A stretch of DNA of 64,000 nt from NCBI GenBank assembly GCA_963771085.1, contig CAVYSB010000002.1, forward strand, positions 448,917-512,916, read 5' to 3'. Every line of letters begins with the position of its first letter. Within the stretch, counting starts at the first letter, position 1. Origin of the DNA: an uncultured Solirubrobacteraceae bacterium (GTDB lineage: Bacteria > Actinomycetota > Thermoleophilia > Solirubrobacterales > Solirubrobacteraceae). Both the position numbers and the translations under genes were made by a program. A model generated the notes under the pieces. It made no database searches and was not told the origin of the DNA. It saw nothing but the letters and a program-made list of their open reading frames with translations. Positions 35,011 to 45,716 of this stretch are shown here, one piece after another.

Positions 35011-35688
35011 TCACAGCTTGGCGGCCTGCCCGTTGGGCGCGAAGTAGGCGGTGATCGCGTCCTCGAGGCCCACATCGAGCACGAGCAGCACCTCATCGCC
35101 GGCCTGGATCACGGTGTCGGGCTTGGGCACGAAGCCCGAGCCCGCGCGCAGCACCGAGATGATCAGGCTGCCCTCGGGCAGGACGATGTCAGAGACCTTT
35201 TCGCCGACCGTGGGCGCGTCCTCGCTGACCTCCAGCTCGATGATCTCCAGGCGCTCCTCTTCGAGTGCGAGCAGGTGCACGAGGCCGTAGCGGGGGACCT
35301 CGTGCTCGATCAGGCGCAGGATCAGATCGGTGGCCGAGACCGCCGGCTGGATCCCCAGCAGGCGGAAGTGGTCGTGGTTGCGGGGGTTGTTGACGCGCGC
35401 GATGATGCGGTCGCAGAGGTACTTCTCCTTGGCGACCTGGCAGACGAGGATGTTGTCCTCGTCGTCGCCGGTGACCGCGATGACCAGGTCCGCGCGCTGG
35501 ATGCCCGCGCGCTCCAGCACCCACAGCTCGGTCGCATCGCCGTAGTGCACAGCATGCTCGAGCTCCTCCTCGACGACCAGGTAGCGCGAGCGCGATGACT
35601 CGATCACGGTCACTTCGTGGCCCTTGCTGATCAGCTCGCGCGCGAGGTTGCGCCCCACCTTGCCCGCGCCGACGATGATCGCGTACAC
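35011..35688 (-). CDS. trkA: Trk-system K+ uptake protein TrkA (TrkA-N + TrkA-C)
   Basis: MYAIIVGAGKVGRNLARELISKGHEVTVIE is the NAD-binding GxGxxG motif. A C-terminal RCK_C domain is present. Confidence 0.9.
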   Translation of the reverse strand: MYAIIVGAGKVGRNLARELISKGHEVTVIESSRSRYLVVEEELEHAVHYGDATELWVLERAGIQRADLVIAVTGDDEDNILVCQVAKEKYLCDRIIARVNNPRNHDHFRLLGIQPAVSATDLILRLIEHEVPRYGLVHLLALEEERLEIIELEVSEDAPTVGEKVSDIVLPEGSLIISVLRAGSGFVPKPDTVIQAGDEVLLVLDVGLEDAITAYFAPNGQAAKL

Positions 35689-35692
35689 GCGC

Positions 35693-36121
35693 CTACACCG
35701 CCTCGGGCTCGAGCGCGCCTTCGAACATCTCGATCGCGTGCCTGGTCGGGGAGATCGTGTGCAGGCCCTGTTCGCCGTACCAGAGGGCGCGTGCGGGGTC
35801 CATCACGCGCACGATCACCTTCTCCACGCCGAAGCGCTTCTGGGCGATCTGGGCGATCACCAGGTTTGTGTTGTCGCCCGCCGTGGAGGCGATGAACACG
35901 TCGGCGCGCTCGATTCCGGCCTGGATCAGGGCCTCCACCTCGAGCGCCGTGCCCACAGTGAAGCGCCCGCTGGCGTCCTCCCAGCTCTTGTCCTGGCCCG
36001 CGTCGAGGCGCTCATGCGAGAGCGGATCCTCGTCCAGCACCGAAACCTCGTGGCCGGCCGCGAGCGCCGACTTGGCGACGGCGGAGCCCACCCGGCCCGC
36101 GCCGACGATCAATACGTACAT
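35693..36121 (-). CDS. TrkA-N (RCK N-terminal) domain protein
   Basis: MYVLIVGAGRVGSAVAKSALAAGHEVSVLD. Paired with the preceding trkA, as with ceoB/ceoC in mycobacteria. Confidence 0.85.
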   Translation of the reverse strand: MYVLIVGAGRVGSAVAKSALAAGHEVSVLDEDPLSHERLDAGQDKSWEDASGRFTVGTALEVEALIQAGIERADVFIASTAGDNTNLVIAQIAQKRFGVEKVIVRVMDPARALWYGEQGLHTISPTRHAIEMFEGALEPEAV

Positions 36122-36153
36122 TGCTCAGGATGCAGACGCATTAGACCCGCAGA

Positions 36154-38232
36154 TTAGACGATGGAGGCGCTGGCCCCTGGCCGCTCACCCACGTCGACGG
36201 GCCGCGCGTCCCGCGCCGCGGGCGCCGTCACGATCACGCGGCAGGGCGCCTTGGCGATCACGTACGTGCAGATGTCCCCGGCGACACTCTCGCGCGGGCC
36301 GCCGCGGCCGCCCAGGCGCGCGCCGCCGCGGATCAGCGAGGGCTCCTCCGCCCCGAGCACGATCGCCTCGACGCCTCGACGCCTCGCCTCGTCGACGATC
36401 GCAAAGCCCGCGCGGCGCGTGCGCACGATCGCGGTGGCCACCTGCACGCCCGTGTACTCCTCCCCCACCGCCTTGGCGCGCGCGAGCACCTCGCGGGCGT
36501 GTTTGACCTGCGCGTCGGGCAGGCTCGCGTCCAGCGGCAGCGACATCGGGATCACGAACACCCAGATCGCCTCGATCGTGGCGGCGTCGATCGCCGCCTC
36601 GTCGGTCTGCTCGCCCGCCACCAGGCGGGCCGCGGTCTGCACGATGTCGTCGTCGAGCTCGGTGCCGAACAGCGGCACCAGGATCGAGCCGTAGTCGCGC
36701 TCGGGCGGCGGTTCGGCGCGCAGGCTCTGCGCGGGCACGGTCACGCGGCGCAGCAGCGGCGCTTCATCGGTGCGCCGGTAGACCACATACAGCGTGATTC
36801 CGGCCACCATCCAGGCCAGGCCCACGTAGCGGGCGGGCTCGTGCACGACGACCACCGCCAGCCAGCCCGCGGCGGAGGCCAGCGCGCCGAAGAGCGCGGG
36901 CAGCGGCAGCTCGGCGCCGCGCACGCGCACCGCCAGCGGGACCCTGTAGGGGCGGTCGCGATCTGGCTCGGTGAAGCGCAGGCGCAGGATCGAGAGGTGG
37001 GCGATCGTGAACGCGAGCATCGCCCCGAACGCGTAGATGCCGATCAGGAAGTCGATGTCCTCGGGCACCACCAGCCCCGCCGCGATCACCCCGGCGAGGA
37101 TGATCAGCACATAGGGCGTCGAGCGCACCGGGTGCAGGCGGCCCAGCCCGGTGGGGATCTGGCGGTTTGTCGACAGCGAGTAGGCCAGGCGCGAGAGCCC
37201 GAGCATGGCCGCGTTGGCGGCCGCCACCAGGGTCAGCGCGCCGAGCGCCCCCACGAGATATCTGAGGCCCTGCTCGAGCCAGTGCGGGTGCACGCGGGTG
37301 ACGATCCCGACCATCGGCGCGTTGAGGTAGCGCGTTGCGAGTTCGGTGTGGTCGCCGTGCACCGGAAAGGCCGTCACTGCGACCAGGGCGATGCCCGCGT
37401 ACAGGAAGACGACGGTGGCGATGCCGCTGCCCACCACGCGCTTGAGCGCACGCCTGGAGATCCGCACCTCGCCCGCCAGGCCCGCCGCCGACTCCAGGCC
37501 GGTGAAGGACACCGCGGCGATCGTCAGCGCGAAGATCAGGTCCGACCATTTCGGCGCGCTGCCCAGGTGGATCGGGCCGAGCAGCGTGTGCGGGTCGAAG
37601 AACAGCACGAGGCCGAGCACCACGATGAAGCCCTGCAGCGCCAGGTCGGCGATCACGAGCAGCCCGATCCGCCGCGCGCGGCGGCCGCCCAGGCCGCGGA
37701 TGTTGCCGAGCACGACCAGCGCGATGATCGCCAGCGAGAGCCCCAGGGCCTCGCCGCTGTCGCCCAGCGGGCTCCAGAAGACGCGCAGGTACTGCGTCGC
37801 GGTGTATGAGGTCACCGCGATCAGAACGATGTAGTCGAGCAGGATCGCCCAGCCCGCGATGAAGCTCACGAGCTCGTTGAAGGCGTAGCGGCCGAACACC
37901 GTGGAGCCGCTGCGCTCGGGGTGCATCGAGGCGCCCTCCGCGTATGTCATGGCGGTCACCGCGAAGAGCAGCGCCGCAATCACGAACACCAGCGGCGTCA
38001 GCCCGAGCGCGTGCCCCGAGATCACCCCCAGGGAGAAGTAGACCGCGCTGGCCAGCGAGATGTAGACGACCGAGAAGATGATCGGCGAGCCGATGCTGCG
38101 CCGCGCGATCATGCGCGAGCGGGCCGCGAGCTCGTGGGCGGGGCGCTCGGCCTCCCCGCTGCGCTGCGAGCCGGGCGCCCCCGCACCGTCCTGCTCCGGT
38201 GGGCTCTCGCCCGGTCCGCCGAACGCGCTCAT
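36154..38232 (-). CDS. APC-superfamily permease fused to a C-terminal universal-stress-protein (USP) domain
   Basis: About 12 TM segments (PIIFSVVYISLASAVYFSLG...) followed by a USP-like tail (ILVPLFGTELDD...AIVLGAEEP...VIAKAPCRVIV). ATGA overlap with the upstream small ORF. Confidence 0.8.
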   Translation of the reverse strand: MSAFGGPGESPPEQDGAGAPGSQRSGEAERPAHELAARSRMIARRSIGSPIIFSVVYISLASAVYFSLGVISGHALGLTPLVFVIAALLFAVTAMTYAEGASMHPERSGSTVFGRYAFNELVSFIAGWAILLDYIVLIAVTSYTATQYLRVFWSPLGDSGEALGLSLAIIALVVLGNIRGLGGRRARRIGLLVIADLALQGFIVVLGLVLFFDPHTLLGPIHLGSAPKWSDLIFALTIAAVSFTGLESAAGLAGEVRISRRALKRVVGSGIATVVFLYAGIALVAVTAFPVHGDHTELATRYLNAPMVGIVTRVHPHWLEQGLRYLVGALGALTLVAAANAAMLGLSRLAYSLSTNRQIPTGLGRLHPVRSTPYVLIILAGVIAAGLVVPEDIDFLIGIYAFGAMLAFTIAHLSILRLRFTEPDRDRPYRVPLAVRVRGAELPLPALFGALASAAGWLAVVVVHEPARYVGLAWMVAGITLYVVYRRTDEAPLLRRVTVPAQSLRAEPPPERDYGSILVPLFGTELDDDIVQTAARLVAGEQTDEAAIDAATIEAIWVFVIPMSLPLDASLPDAQVKHAREVLARAKAVGEEYTGVQVATAIVRTRRAGFAIVDEARRRGVEAIVLGAEEPSLIRGGARLGGRGGPRESVAGDICTYVIAKAPCRVIVTAPAARDARPVDVGERPGASASIV

Positions 38233-38429
38233 GCGCTCCCGCCGCTGCGCCTGCGCTCGAGATACAGCCGCGCGCCGCCCGCTGCAATGAACAGCACGCC
38301 CAGCAGCAGGCGCGGCGAGATCACGCCACCGTCGCCGCCGAGCGCCTCCGCAATCAGCGCCACTCCGATTGCCGCCATCAGCAGCGACAGCACGAACGTG
38401 GCGGTGCGATGCACCTGTCGAGGGGTCAT
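38229..38429 (-). CDS. small two-TM membrane protein
   Basis: 66 aa (TATFVLSLLMAAIGVALIAEAL ... LLLGVLFIAAGGARLYL). Its stop overlaps the permease start (ATGA), which suggests translational coupling. Confidence 0.5.
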   Translation of the reverse strand: MTPRQVHRTATFVLSLLMAAIGVALIAEALGGDGGVISPRLLLGVLFIAAGGARLYLERRRSGGSA

Positions 38430-38529
38430 CTCATGCTGAGCTTAGGTCCTCGCGGGGCGGGCCGCGGCGCGCGGGCGAGGCGGCGCGGGCCACGGGCGCA
38501 TTGCCGAACGTCCCCCACCGGCGGGAGTC

Positions 38530-40605
38530 TCAGGTGATCAGCGGGATGATCAGGATGGCGACGATGTTGGCGACCTTGATCATCGGGTTGATCGCCGGCC
38601 CGGAGGTGTCCTTGAAGGGGTCTCCCACGGTGTCGCCGGTGACCGCCGCGGCATGGGCGTCGGAGCCCTTGCCGCCGTATGCGCCGTCCTCGATCAGCTT
38701 CTTCGCGTTGTCCCACGCGCCACCGCCCGCGGTCATCAGCACCGCGAAGAAGAAGCCCACCACGATCACGCCGATCAGCAGGCCGCCGAGCGCCTGCGTG
38801 TCGATCAGCCCGACGATCACGGTCAACCCGATCGGCAGCAGCGACGGCAGGATCATCTCGCGCTGCGCGGTCTTGGTGACGATGTCCACGCAGGTCGCGT
38901 AGTCGGGGTCTTCGGTGCCCTCCATGATCCCCGGGTGCTCGCGGAACTGGCGGCGCACCTCCTCGACCACGGCGCCGCCCGCGCGGCCCACCGCCTCCAT
39001 CGACAGCGAGGCGAACAGGCACACCATCAGCCCGCCGAGCAGCAGCCCGATCAGCACGGGCGGTTCGTTGATCCCGAACAGCGTTTCGTGTCCGCTCTTT
39101 TCGGCGAGCTCCTGGCGGAAGCCCGCGAACAGCACCACCGCGGCCATCACCGCCGAGCCGATCGCGTACCCCTTGGTGACCGCCTTGGTCGTGTTGCCGA
39201 CCGCGTCCAGCGGGTCGGTCACGTTGCGGACCTCTTCGGGCAGGTCGGCCATCTCGGCGATCCCGCCGGCGTTGTCGGTGATCGGTCCGAACGCGTCGAG
39301 CGCCACGATCAGCCCGGTAAGGGAGAGCTGGCCCATCACGGCCACGCCCACGCCGTAGATGCCGGTCGTGCCGCCGCCGGCCAGCTTCCACGCGCCGAGG
39401 ATGCCGAGGCAGAGCACCAGCGCGGGCAGCGCCGTGGCCTGCAGGCCCGAGCCGAAGCCCTGGATGATGTTGGTGGCGTGCCCCGTGATCGACGCTTTGG
39501 CGGTCTTCTTCACCGGCGAGAAGCGCGTCGAGGTGTAGTAGTCGGTGATCACGAACAGGCACGCGGTAACCGCGATCCCGATCAGCGAGCAGAGGTAGAA
39601 CTTGCCCCACGAGGGCGGGTTCACCGCGTTGCCCACCTGGCTGAAGCTGAGGCCGCGCATCATCCAGTAGGTGATCGGCGCGAACGCCGCGGCGGCGATC
39701 ACGCCGGAGACGATCAGGCCCTGGTAGAGGGCCCGCTCGACGTTGCCCGCCCGCGAGCGCACCGCGAAGGTCCCGATGATCGAGGCGATGATCGCGGCGC
39801 CGCCCAGCACGAGCGGGTAGAGCACCACGCGCGTGGACTCGTGGAAGGTCAGCACCCCGAGCAGCATCACGGCCACGGCCGTCACCGCGTAGGTCTCGAA
39901 CAGGTCGGCCGCCATGCCCGCGCAGTCGCCGACGTTGTCGCCGACGTTGTCGGCGATCGTCGCCGGGTTGCGCGGATCGTCCTCGGGGATGCCCGCCTCG
40001 ACCTTTCCTACGAGGTCCGCACCCACGTCGGCGGCCTTCGTGAAGATGCCGCCGCCGAGCCTCGCGAAGACCGAGATCAGCGAGCCTCCGAAGCCGAGGC
40101 CGATGAGCGCGTTGACCGCACTTTTCTGCGTTTCGCCGAATACGGCGGTCAGCAGGCCGTAGTAGCCGGCTACGCCGAGCAGGGCAAGGCCGACGACCAG
40201 CAGCCCCGTGATCGCGCCCCCGCGGAAGGCCACCTGCAGCGCCGGCGCGACGCCGCCGCGCGCGGCCTCGGCCACGCGCGCGTTAGCGCGCACCGAGACG
40301 TTCATGCCGATGTAGCCCGCGGAGCCCGACAGCACCGCGCCGATGACGAAGCCGGCAGCGACCGCGATGTTCTGGATGAAGATGAGCGCCACGAACACGA
40401 CCACCCCCACGACGGCGATCGTCGTGTATTGCCGATTCAGGTAGGCGCGCGCGCCCTGCTGGACGGCGAGCGAGATCGACTGCATGCGCTCGTTGCCCGG
40501 CGAGAGCGCCAGCAGGGCTCGTGTGGTCACGAGGCCGTACGCCACAGCGCAGGCGGCGCATACGAGGGCGACGACGACCCCATGGTTCGTCAGAAAGCTG
40601 CTCAA
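38530..40605 (-). CDS. hppA: membrane-bound ion-translocating pyrophosphatase
   Basis: [33 protein letters not shown] and AWDNAKK are H+/Na+-PPase signatures. Start proposed at the TTG at 40605, 6 nt after a GGAGGA SD. Confidence 0.92.
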   Translation of the reverse strand: MSSFLTNHGVVVALVCAACAVAYGLVTTRALLALSPGNERMQSISLAVQQGARAYLNRQYTTIAVVGVVVFVALIFIQNIAVAAGFVIGAVLSGSAGYIGMNVSVRANARVAEAARGGVAPALQVAFRGGAITGLLVVGLALLGVAGYYGLLTAVFGETQKSAVNALIGLGFGGSLISVFARLGGGIFTKAADVGADLVGKVEAGIPEDDPRNPATIADNVGDNVGDCAGMAADLFETYAVTAVAVMLLGVLTFHESTRVVLYPLVLGGAAIIASIIGTFAVRSRAGNVERALYQGLIVSGVIAAAAFAPITYWMMRGLSFSQVGNAVNPPSWGKFYLCSLIGIAVTACLFVITDYYTSTRFSPVKKTAKASITGHATNIIQGFGSGLQATALPALVLCLGILGAWKLAGGGTTGIYGVGVAVMGQLSLTGLIVALDAFGPITDNAGGIAEMADLPEEVRNVTDPLDAVGNTTKAVTKGYAIGSAVMAAVVLFAGFRQELAEKSGHETLFGINEPPVLIGLLLGGLMVCLFASLSMEAVGRAGGAVVEEVRRQFREHPGIMEGTEDPDYATCVDIVTKTAQREMILPSLLPIGLTVIVGLIDTQALGGLLIGVIVVGFFFAVLMTAGGGAWDNAKKLIEDGAYGGKGSDAHAAAVTGDTVGDPFKDTSGPAINPMIKVANIVAILIIPLIT

Positions 40606-40752
40606 CAGAAATCCTCCGCGGTCTGATTTGCGTGCCGCGCGAGGATTTCGCGCGCACATTTGCCGACCGGACTGCTCAACGGAGCGCCTGTCCGGTGCAA
40701 ACGCGGGCGGAGTCTATCGTGCCGGCGCGCGGAAGGCTCGCCGGCACGACGC

Positions 40753-41277
40753 TCAGCTGCCGGGAACCCACAGCCGGCCGCTCGCCTGCGCCGGCCCGGG
40801 CGCGTCGGGCCCCTCGCCCTGGGGCTGCTTCTCCGCGCCCGGGGCCGCGGGAGGCTCGCCGCCTCCCGGCTCGCCGCCCGGCGCCGCCGCGCTCGCCCCG
40901 CCGCGCGCCTGCATCTCGGCCGCGTAGGCCATCTGCAGCTGCGAGAGCGCGTCGCGCAGCGAGCGCACCTCCTGCGGGATCCGCCGCTCGAGGATCTCGA
41001 GCAGCGCGCGGGCCGCGTCGATCGCGTCGCGGACCTGCTCGAGGTCGCTCGCGGAGGGACCCGGGTGCCCCTCTGGGGCCCCGCCCGCGGCGGGCTGGGC
41101 GCGCTCGGCCGGGGGCCCCAGCCGCCGCGCCGCGATGTTCAACAGCGACACGGTCGCCTGGGCGATCATGTCCGTGCTCGTGATCCTGCTCAGTTCGGCC
41201 TCGTAGGCCGCGCGGAGCTCCTCCTCGCTCGGCTGCCCGGGCGCACCCGCGCCCTGGGCTGTTGGATCTGTGCTCAC
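40753..41277 (-). CDS. DUF1844-like protein
   Basis: The GTG at 41277 overlaps the upstream stop (GTGA). MIAQATVSLLNIAARRLG...DLEQVRDAIDAARALLEIL resembles DUF1844 (from memory). The C-terminus is Gly/Pro-rich. Confidence 0.5.
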   Translation of the reverse strand: MSTDPTAQGAGAPGQPSEEELRAAYEAELSRITSTDMIAQATVSLLNIAARRLGPPAERAQPAAGGAPEGHPGPSASDLEQVRDAIDAARALLEILERRIPQEVRSLRDALSQLQMAYAAEMQARGGASAAAPGGEPGGGEPPAAPGAEKQPQGEGPDAPGPAQASGRLWVPGS

Positions 41278-42422
41278 ACCGGCACCTCCTGTGGATATGA
41301 CTCGAGGGTCTCCTGTACCGAAGCCGCGAAGACCTCCTCGCGGGCGGCTCCGGCGTCGATCATGCGGCGCTGGCGCTGGGCGCCGTTGCGCTCGGGGAAG
41401 GCGAGCTCGATGCCGAGCTCGCCGCGCATCGGCTCGGTCCATGCGGCCAGCCGCTCGATCGCCGCGCGTCCCGGGTACTCCTCGGCGCGGTCGAGGTCGA
41501 TCAGGCGCCCGTCGAGCCCGAAGCGCGTCGCGCGCCACATGTTCTCCTCGATCAGCCGTTGCGGCTGCTCGCTGTGGGGCACGCCGTCGTCGACGTCGCG
41601 GGCGGCCTGCGCGATGCAGGCGACCATCAGCGAGGCGAGCGCCTCGGACTCCTGCGCGGTTGCCTGGGCGTCGCAGATGCGCAGCTCGACGGTGCCGAAG
41701 GCGAAGTGCGGGCGCACCGACCACCACACCTGGGTGAACTCCACGATCGAGTTGGTCCGCGTGAGGAATTCGATGTAGTCGCGGTAGGCGGGCCAGCCCC
41801 CGAACGGGTCGGGCACACCGCAGCGCGGGAAGCTCTTCGTGAAGCTCTGCGTGCGGGCCGAGTGCAGACCGCTGTCGCGCCCGTCGAGGTAGGGGGAGTT
41901 GGCGGAGATCGCGAGCAGCAGGGGCAGCACATCGCGCAGTCGGTCGCATACGCGCACAGCACGGTCGATGTCGCGCACGCCCACGTGCACGTGCAGGCTG
42001 AAGGTGTTGTTGCGCCAGGCGACGTACTGCAGGCCCTCCTCGACCCGGCGGTAGTGCTCGGTGTCGATGATCGGCTGCTCGCGATAGTCGGCCCACGGAT
42101 GGGTGCCAGTGGCGCCGAGCGCGGCACCTCTGCCGGCGGCCAGCGCGAACAGGCGCCGGCGGCGCTCACGCTGGTGCGCGAGCGCGTCGTGCAGGTCGGC
42201 ACCGGCGCCCGAGATGATCTCGATCTCCGATGAGATCAGCTCGCCGGCCACCGCCTCGCGCAGCACCGGGTCGGTCGCGGCGGCCGTGCGCAGCTCCTCG
42301 AAGCGCGGGACGAGATCGAGCGTACGCGGGTCGAGGATCGAGAACTCCTCCTCGACGCCGACGGTGAAGTCGGTGGCCGCGGCGAACGTCTCGGCCGCTC
42401 GTTCTAGATCCAGGCTGTTCAT
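41274..42422 (-). CDS. ybdK: carboxylate-amine ligase, glutamate-cysteine ligase family 2 (YbdK-type)
   Basis: FTVGVEEEFSILDP...TGTHPWA...NTFSLHVHVGV...SANSPY are GCS2 motifs. Confidence 0.9.
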   Translation of the reverse strand: MNSLDLERAAETFAAATDFTVGVEEEFSILDPRTLDLVPRFEELRTAAATDPVLREAVAGELISSEIEIISGAGADLHDALAHQRERRRRLFALAAGRGAALGATGTHPWADYREQPIIDTEHYRRVEEGLQYVAWRNNTFSLHVHVGVRDIDRAVRVCDRLRDVLPLLLAISANSPYLDGRDSGLHSARTQSFTKSFPRCGVPDPFGGWPAYRDYIEFLTRTNSIVEFTQVWWSVRPHFAFGTVELRICDAQATAQESEALASLMVACIAQAARDVDDGVPHSEQPQRLIEENMWRATRFGLDGRLIDLDRAEEYPGRAAIERLAAWTEPMRGELGIELAFPERNGAQRQRRMIDAGAAREEVFAASVQETLESYPQEVPV

Positions 42423-42492
42423 CGCTTAGCTTCTGGTGCGGTTGCTGCCCGGGGCACTTGCGCGCGCAGCCTGCGCCCGCAGCCGCGCGGCC

Positions 42493-43167
42493 TCAGGTCA
42501 GATAGAAGTACAGCGCGTAGAGCAGATCGACCGCCGGGCTGGAGGTGTGGACGGTCACCTCGGGTGGGACGTCCAGGAGCGACTCCGAATAGTTGAAAAT
42601 GATCTTCACGCCGGCCTCCACGAGCTCGTCGGCGAGCCCCTGGGCGGCGTCGGTGGGCACCGCCAGCACCCCCACCACGATGTCCTCGTCCTCGACCACC
42701 TGGCGCAGCTCCCTGATGTGGCGCACGGACTGGTTGCCCACCGCGCTGCCGATCTTGCTCTCGTCCACGTCGAAGATCGCGACGACGCGGAAGCCGTGGT
42801 CGGCGAAGATTTCCGAGGAGGCGATCGCCTTGCCCAGGTGACCGGCGCCGATCAGCGCGATGTTGTGCTGGCCGGCCGTGCGCAGGATCTTGCGGATCTG
42901 CGAGACGAGCGCCTCGACGTTGTAGCCGACGCCGCGCTTGCCGAACTTGCCGAAGCCCGACAGGTCCCGGCGGATCTGCGTGGAGTTGACGTGGGTGTAG
43001 TCGGAGAGCTCCTGCGAGGAGATCGTCTCCTTGCCCATCTTCTTGGCCTGGGTGAGCACCTGCAGGTAGCGCGACAGGCGCGCCGCCACGCCGAGCGACA
43101 GGCGCTCGCTCGCCGAGGCCGCCGGTCCGCGCTCCAGCGCGCTCGTGCTCGGTTCTCCTAAGCTCAC
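42493..43167 (-). CDS. rex: redox-sensing transcriptional repressor Rex
   Basis: RLSRYLQVL...ISSQELSDYTHVNSTQIRRDLSGFGKFGKRGVGYNV and the NAD(H) Rossmann motif ALIGAGHLGKAI. The GTG start overlaps the upstream stop (GTGA). Confidence 0.9.
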   Translation of the reverse strand: MSLGEPSTSALERGPAASASERLSLGVAARLSRYLQVLTQAKKMGKETISSQELSDYTHVNSTQIRRDLSGFGKFGKRGVGYNVEALVSQIRKILRTAGQHNIALIGAGHLGKAIASSEIFADHGFRVVAIFDVDESKIGSAVGNQSVRHIRELRQVVEDEDIVVGVLAVPTDAAQGLADELVEAGVKIIFNYSESLLDVPPEVTVHTSSPAVDLLYALYFYLT

Positions 43168-43403
43168 CGCCGTGACTCTAGACGCTCGCGCACGAGTGTC
43201 TCCTCGACGAAGTATTCCCACAGCTCCTCGCCGTCCACGGCGACCACCGGAATGCGCTCGAAATACGCCCGGTGCAGCTCCTCGTCGCTGCTGATGTCGC
43301 GCTCACACAGGACGAAGCCGAGCTCCGCCTGCAGGGCGCGGAGCAGCTCCATCGCCTCCTCGCAGAGATGACAGCCCGGCCTGGAGTAGACCGTCAGCTC
43401 CAT
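43164..43403 (-). CDS. glutaredoxin-like small thiol-disulfide protein
   Basis: MELTVYSRPGCHLCEEA is a CxxC thioredoxin-fold start. About 79 aa. Start set at 43403 (TGATG overlap with the tsaD stop). Confidence 0.75.
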   Translation of the reverse strand: MELTVYSRPGCHLCEEAMELLRALQAELGFVLCERDISSDEELHRAYFERIPVVAVDGEELWEYFVEETLVRERLESRR

Positions 43404-44431
43404 CAGCGCGCCCGTTCCCCGGTGGCGTAGGCATCGAGCTCCAGGTAGCGCGGGTAGGGCAGCTGCTCGGCGTAGCGCGCCGCGCTGGCGATCATCGCGG
43501 CGTTGTCGGTGCACAGCAGCCGCGCGGGAACGTGCAGCGTCGCGCCCAGCTCGCCCAGGCGCCGGCGCAGCAGCCCGTTGGCCGCCACGCCGCCGCCCAC
43601 CGCCAGGCGCGCACCTGCGCTGCGCTCGAGCGCCCGCTCGACGCGCTCGATCAGGCTGTCCACGATCGCGGCCTGGTAGGAGGCCGCGAGGTCGGCCGCG
43701 CGCTCGCGGGCCTGCGTCTCGGAGAGCTCTCGCAGCGTGTACAGCAGCGCCGTCTTGACGCCCGCGAAGGAGAAGTCCAGGCCCTGGGCGAACGCGCGCC
43801 TGCCCACCCCGCGCCCGCCGCGCTCGCGCCGCGAGCCCGGGAAGCTGAACGCCTCGGGATCGCCGCCCTCCGCCAGGCGCTCCAGCGCCGCCCCTCCGGG
43901 GTAGCCCAGGCCGAGCATCCTGGCGCCCTTGTCGAACGCCTCACCTGCCGCGTCGTCGAGCGTGCGCCCGAGCACCTCGAAGCCATCGTGCCCGCTCACC
44001 TGGGCCAGCAGGGTGTGCCCGCCGCTGGCGATCAGGCACACGAACGGCGGCTCGAATGGCGCGGGGTCCTGGAGGAAGTTGGCCGCCACGTGCCCCTGCA
44101 GGTGGTCGACCGGCGCAAAGGGCAGCTCGCGCGCGGCCGCCAGCGCCTTGCCCGCGGAGAGGCCCACGAGCAGCGCGCCGATCAGCCCGGGGCCCTGGGT
44201 GGCGGCCACGAGCTCCACGTCGTCGAGCTCCGCACCCGCCTGCTCGAGGCTGCGCTCGACGACCAGGTCGATCAGCTCGAGATGGTGGCGCGAGGCGATC
44301 TCGGGCACCACTCCGCCGAAGCGCTCGTGAACCTCCTGGGAGGAAATCACGTTGGCGAGCATCTCCCCGTCAGCGTCGATCAGCGCCGCGCAGGTGTCGT
44401 CGCAGCTCGTCTCCAGCGCCAGGATGCTCAT
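43403..44431 (-). CDS. tsaD: tRNA N6-adenosine threonylcarbamoyltransferase TsaD
   Basis: MSILALETSCDDTCAAL...HLQGH...ASGGHT...GVAAN are Kae1/TsaD motifs. Confidence 0.93.
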   Translation of the reverse strand: MSILALETSCDDTCAALIDADGEMLANVISSQEVHERFGGVVPEIASRHHLELIDLVVERSLEQAGAELDDVELVAATQGPGLIGALLVGLSAGKALAAARELPFAPVDHLQGHVAANFLQDPAPFEPPFVCLIASGGHTLLAQVSGHDGFEVLGRTLDDAAGEAFDKGARMLGLGYPGGAALERLAEGGDPEAFSFPGSRRERGGRGVGRRAFAQGLDFSFAGVKTALLYTLRELSETQARERAADLAASYQAAIVDSLIERVERALERSAGARLAVGGGVAANGLLRRRLGELGATLHVPARLLCTDNAAMIASAARYAEQLPYPRYLELDAYATGERAR

Positions 44432-44970
44432 ACCGGGCCGGGATTCGGCACATCGCCGAGGCGCCCCGCGAGCGTGTCCGGCGTGCGCCACATGACGAGC
44501 GCGTCCTCGCCGTTGTCCTGGTAGTAGCGCCGGCGCATGCCCGCCGCGCGGAAGCCCTCGCGCTCGTACAGGTGGATGGCGACCGCGTTGGAGCGGCGCA
44601 CCTCCAGCGTGTAGCGCGCCCGTGGATCGTCCACCTGGGCGTACAGCTCGGCGAGCATCGCCGAGGCGATGCCCTTGCGCTGCTGGTCGATGTCGACCGC
44701 CACGTTCATCACGTGCCACACGGTGTCGTAGCGCGAGCAGATCAGGTAGGCGAGCAGGCGCTGCTCGCCGCCCGGCTCCTGGCCCGTGGCCGCCAGGCAG
44801 ATGCCCGATGGCTTGGAGAGCTCCAGCACGAACATCGCCAGCGACCACGGCGTCGGGAACACGCGCCGCTCGATCGCGATCACCTCGGGCAGGTCGGGAT
44901 AGACGAGGCGCCGGATCTCCATCGAGGATGCATGGCCGGGGGCCTGCGGGGCGACCGACCGCGCGCTCAT
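44428..44970 (-). CDS. rimI: ribosomal-protein-alanine N-acetyltransferase RimI
   Basis: GNAT fold (IERRVFPTPWS...VAVDIDQQRKGIASAML...LEVRRSNAVAIHLYEREGF). ATGA overlaps on both sides. Confidence 0.85.
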   Translation of the reverse strand: MSARSVAPQAPGHASSMEIRRLVYPDLPEVIAIERRVFPTPWSLAMFVLELSKPSGICLAATGQEPGGEQRLLAYLICSRYDTVWHVMNVAVDIDQQRKGIASAMLAELYAQVDDPRARYTLEVRRSNAVAIHLYEREGFRAAGMRRRYYQDNGEDALVMWRTPDTLAGRLGDVPNPGPV

Positions 44971-45716
44971 GAGCGTGCGGCCCCCGCCGCGGCGGCCTCG
45001 AGCGCGATCTCCGCGTCGGGCCGGCGGCAGTAGTCGGGCACCACGCGCACCGGCGGCGCCGGCGGCATCGACACGGCCAGCTCGCAGATCGCGGCGGCGC
45101 TCACGAGGTGCAGCGGCGAGCCCTCCCCCGGGACGCTCAGCGCGGGCGCTTGCAGGTGCTCGCGGTAGCGCAGCGCCCCGTCGCCCACCGCCAGCCAGCG
45201 GCGCTCGCCGCCATCCGGCGCGGCGCCGCAGCTCGCCAGCAGCTCCGCGAGCTCCTGCGGCGCATATGCGCCGGCGGGAGCGAGCTCGATCTCCAGCCCG
45301 TGCTCGCCGCGCTCGTAGGCCGCCGCGAACACCTCGCCGCGGCGGGCATCAATCACGGCCAGCACCATGTCGGGCGTGCTGTCGCAGGCGAGCGCGGGCC
45401 GGGCGAGCGCGTGCAGGCTGGAGACGCCCACGAGCTCGCACGAGAGCGACTGCGCGAGGCCGCGCGCGGTGGCGACCCCCACGCGCAGGCCCGTGAAGGT
45501 GCCCGGGCCCACGCCCACCGCGATGCGCTGCAGCGCGCTCCAGCCGATGCCCGCGGCGCCCAGCAGCTCGTGCGCCATCGCCAGCAGCCGCGTGGCGTGG
45601 CCGGGATGCCCGCCCGGCGCGGGATCGTCGCGCGCTGCGGCGATCGGAGCGTCCCCTGCGAGGCTCAGCGCCACGCTGGTCGCCGGGGTCGCGGTGTCGA
45701 AGCCCAGCACGATCAC
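44967..45716 (-). CDS. tsaB: tRNA t6A biosynthesis protein TsaB
   Basis: VIVLGFDTATPATSVAL...VGVGPGTFTGLRVGVATARGLA. The GTG start overlaps the tsaE stop (GTGA). Confidence 0.88.
   Translation of the reverse strand: MIVLGFDTATPATSVALSLAGDAPIAAARDDPAPGGHPGHATRLLAMAHELLGAAGIGWSALQRIAVGVGPGTFTGLRVGVATARGLAQSLSCELVGVSSLHALARPALACDSTPDMVLAVIDARRGEVFAAAYERGEHGLEIELAPAGAYAPQELAELLASCGAAPDGGERRWLAVGDGALRYREHLQAPALSVPGEGSPLHLVSAAAICELAVSMPPAPPVRVVPDYCRRPDAEIALEAAAAGAARS

Noticed and set aside
41278-42096. Upstream 273 codons of ORF 40753..42096
   Set aside because: This part overlaps the YbdK-type ligase gene in a different frame. Only the distal 174 codons, from the GTG at 41277, look like a real (DUF1844-like) protein.
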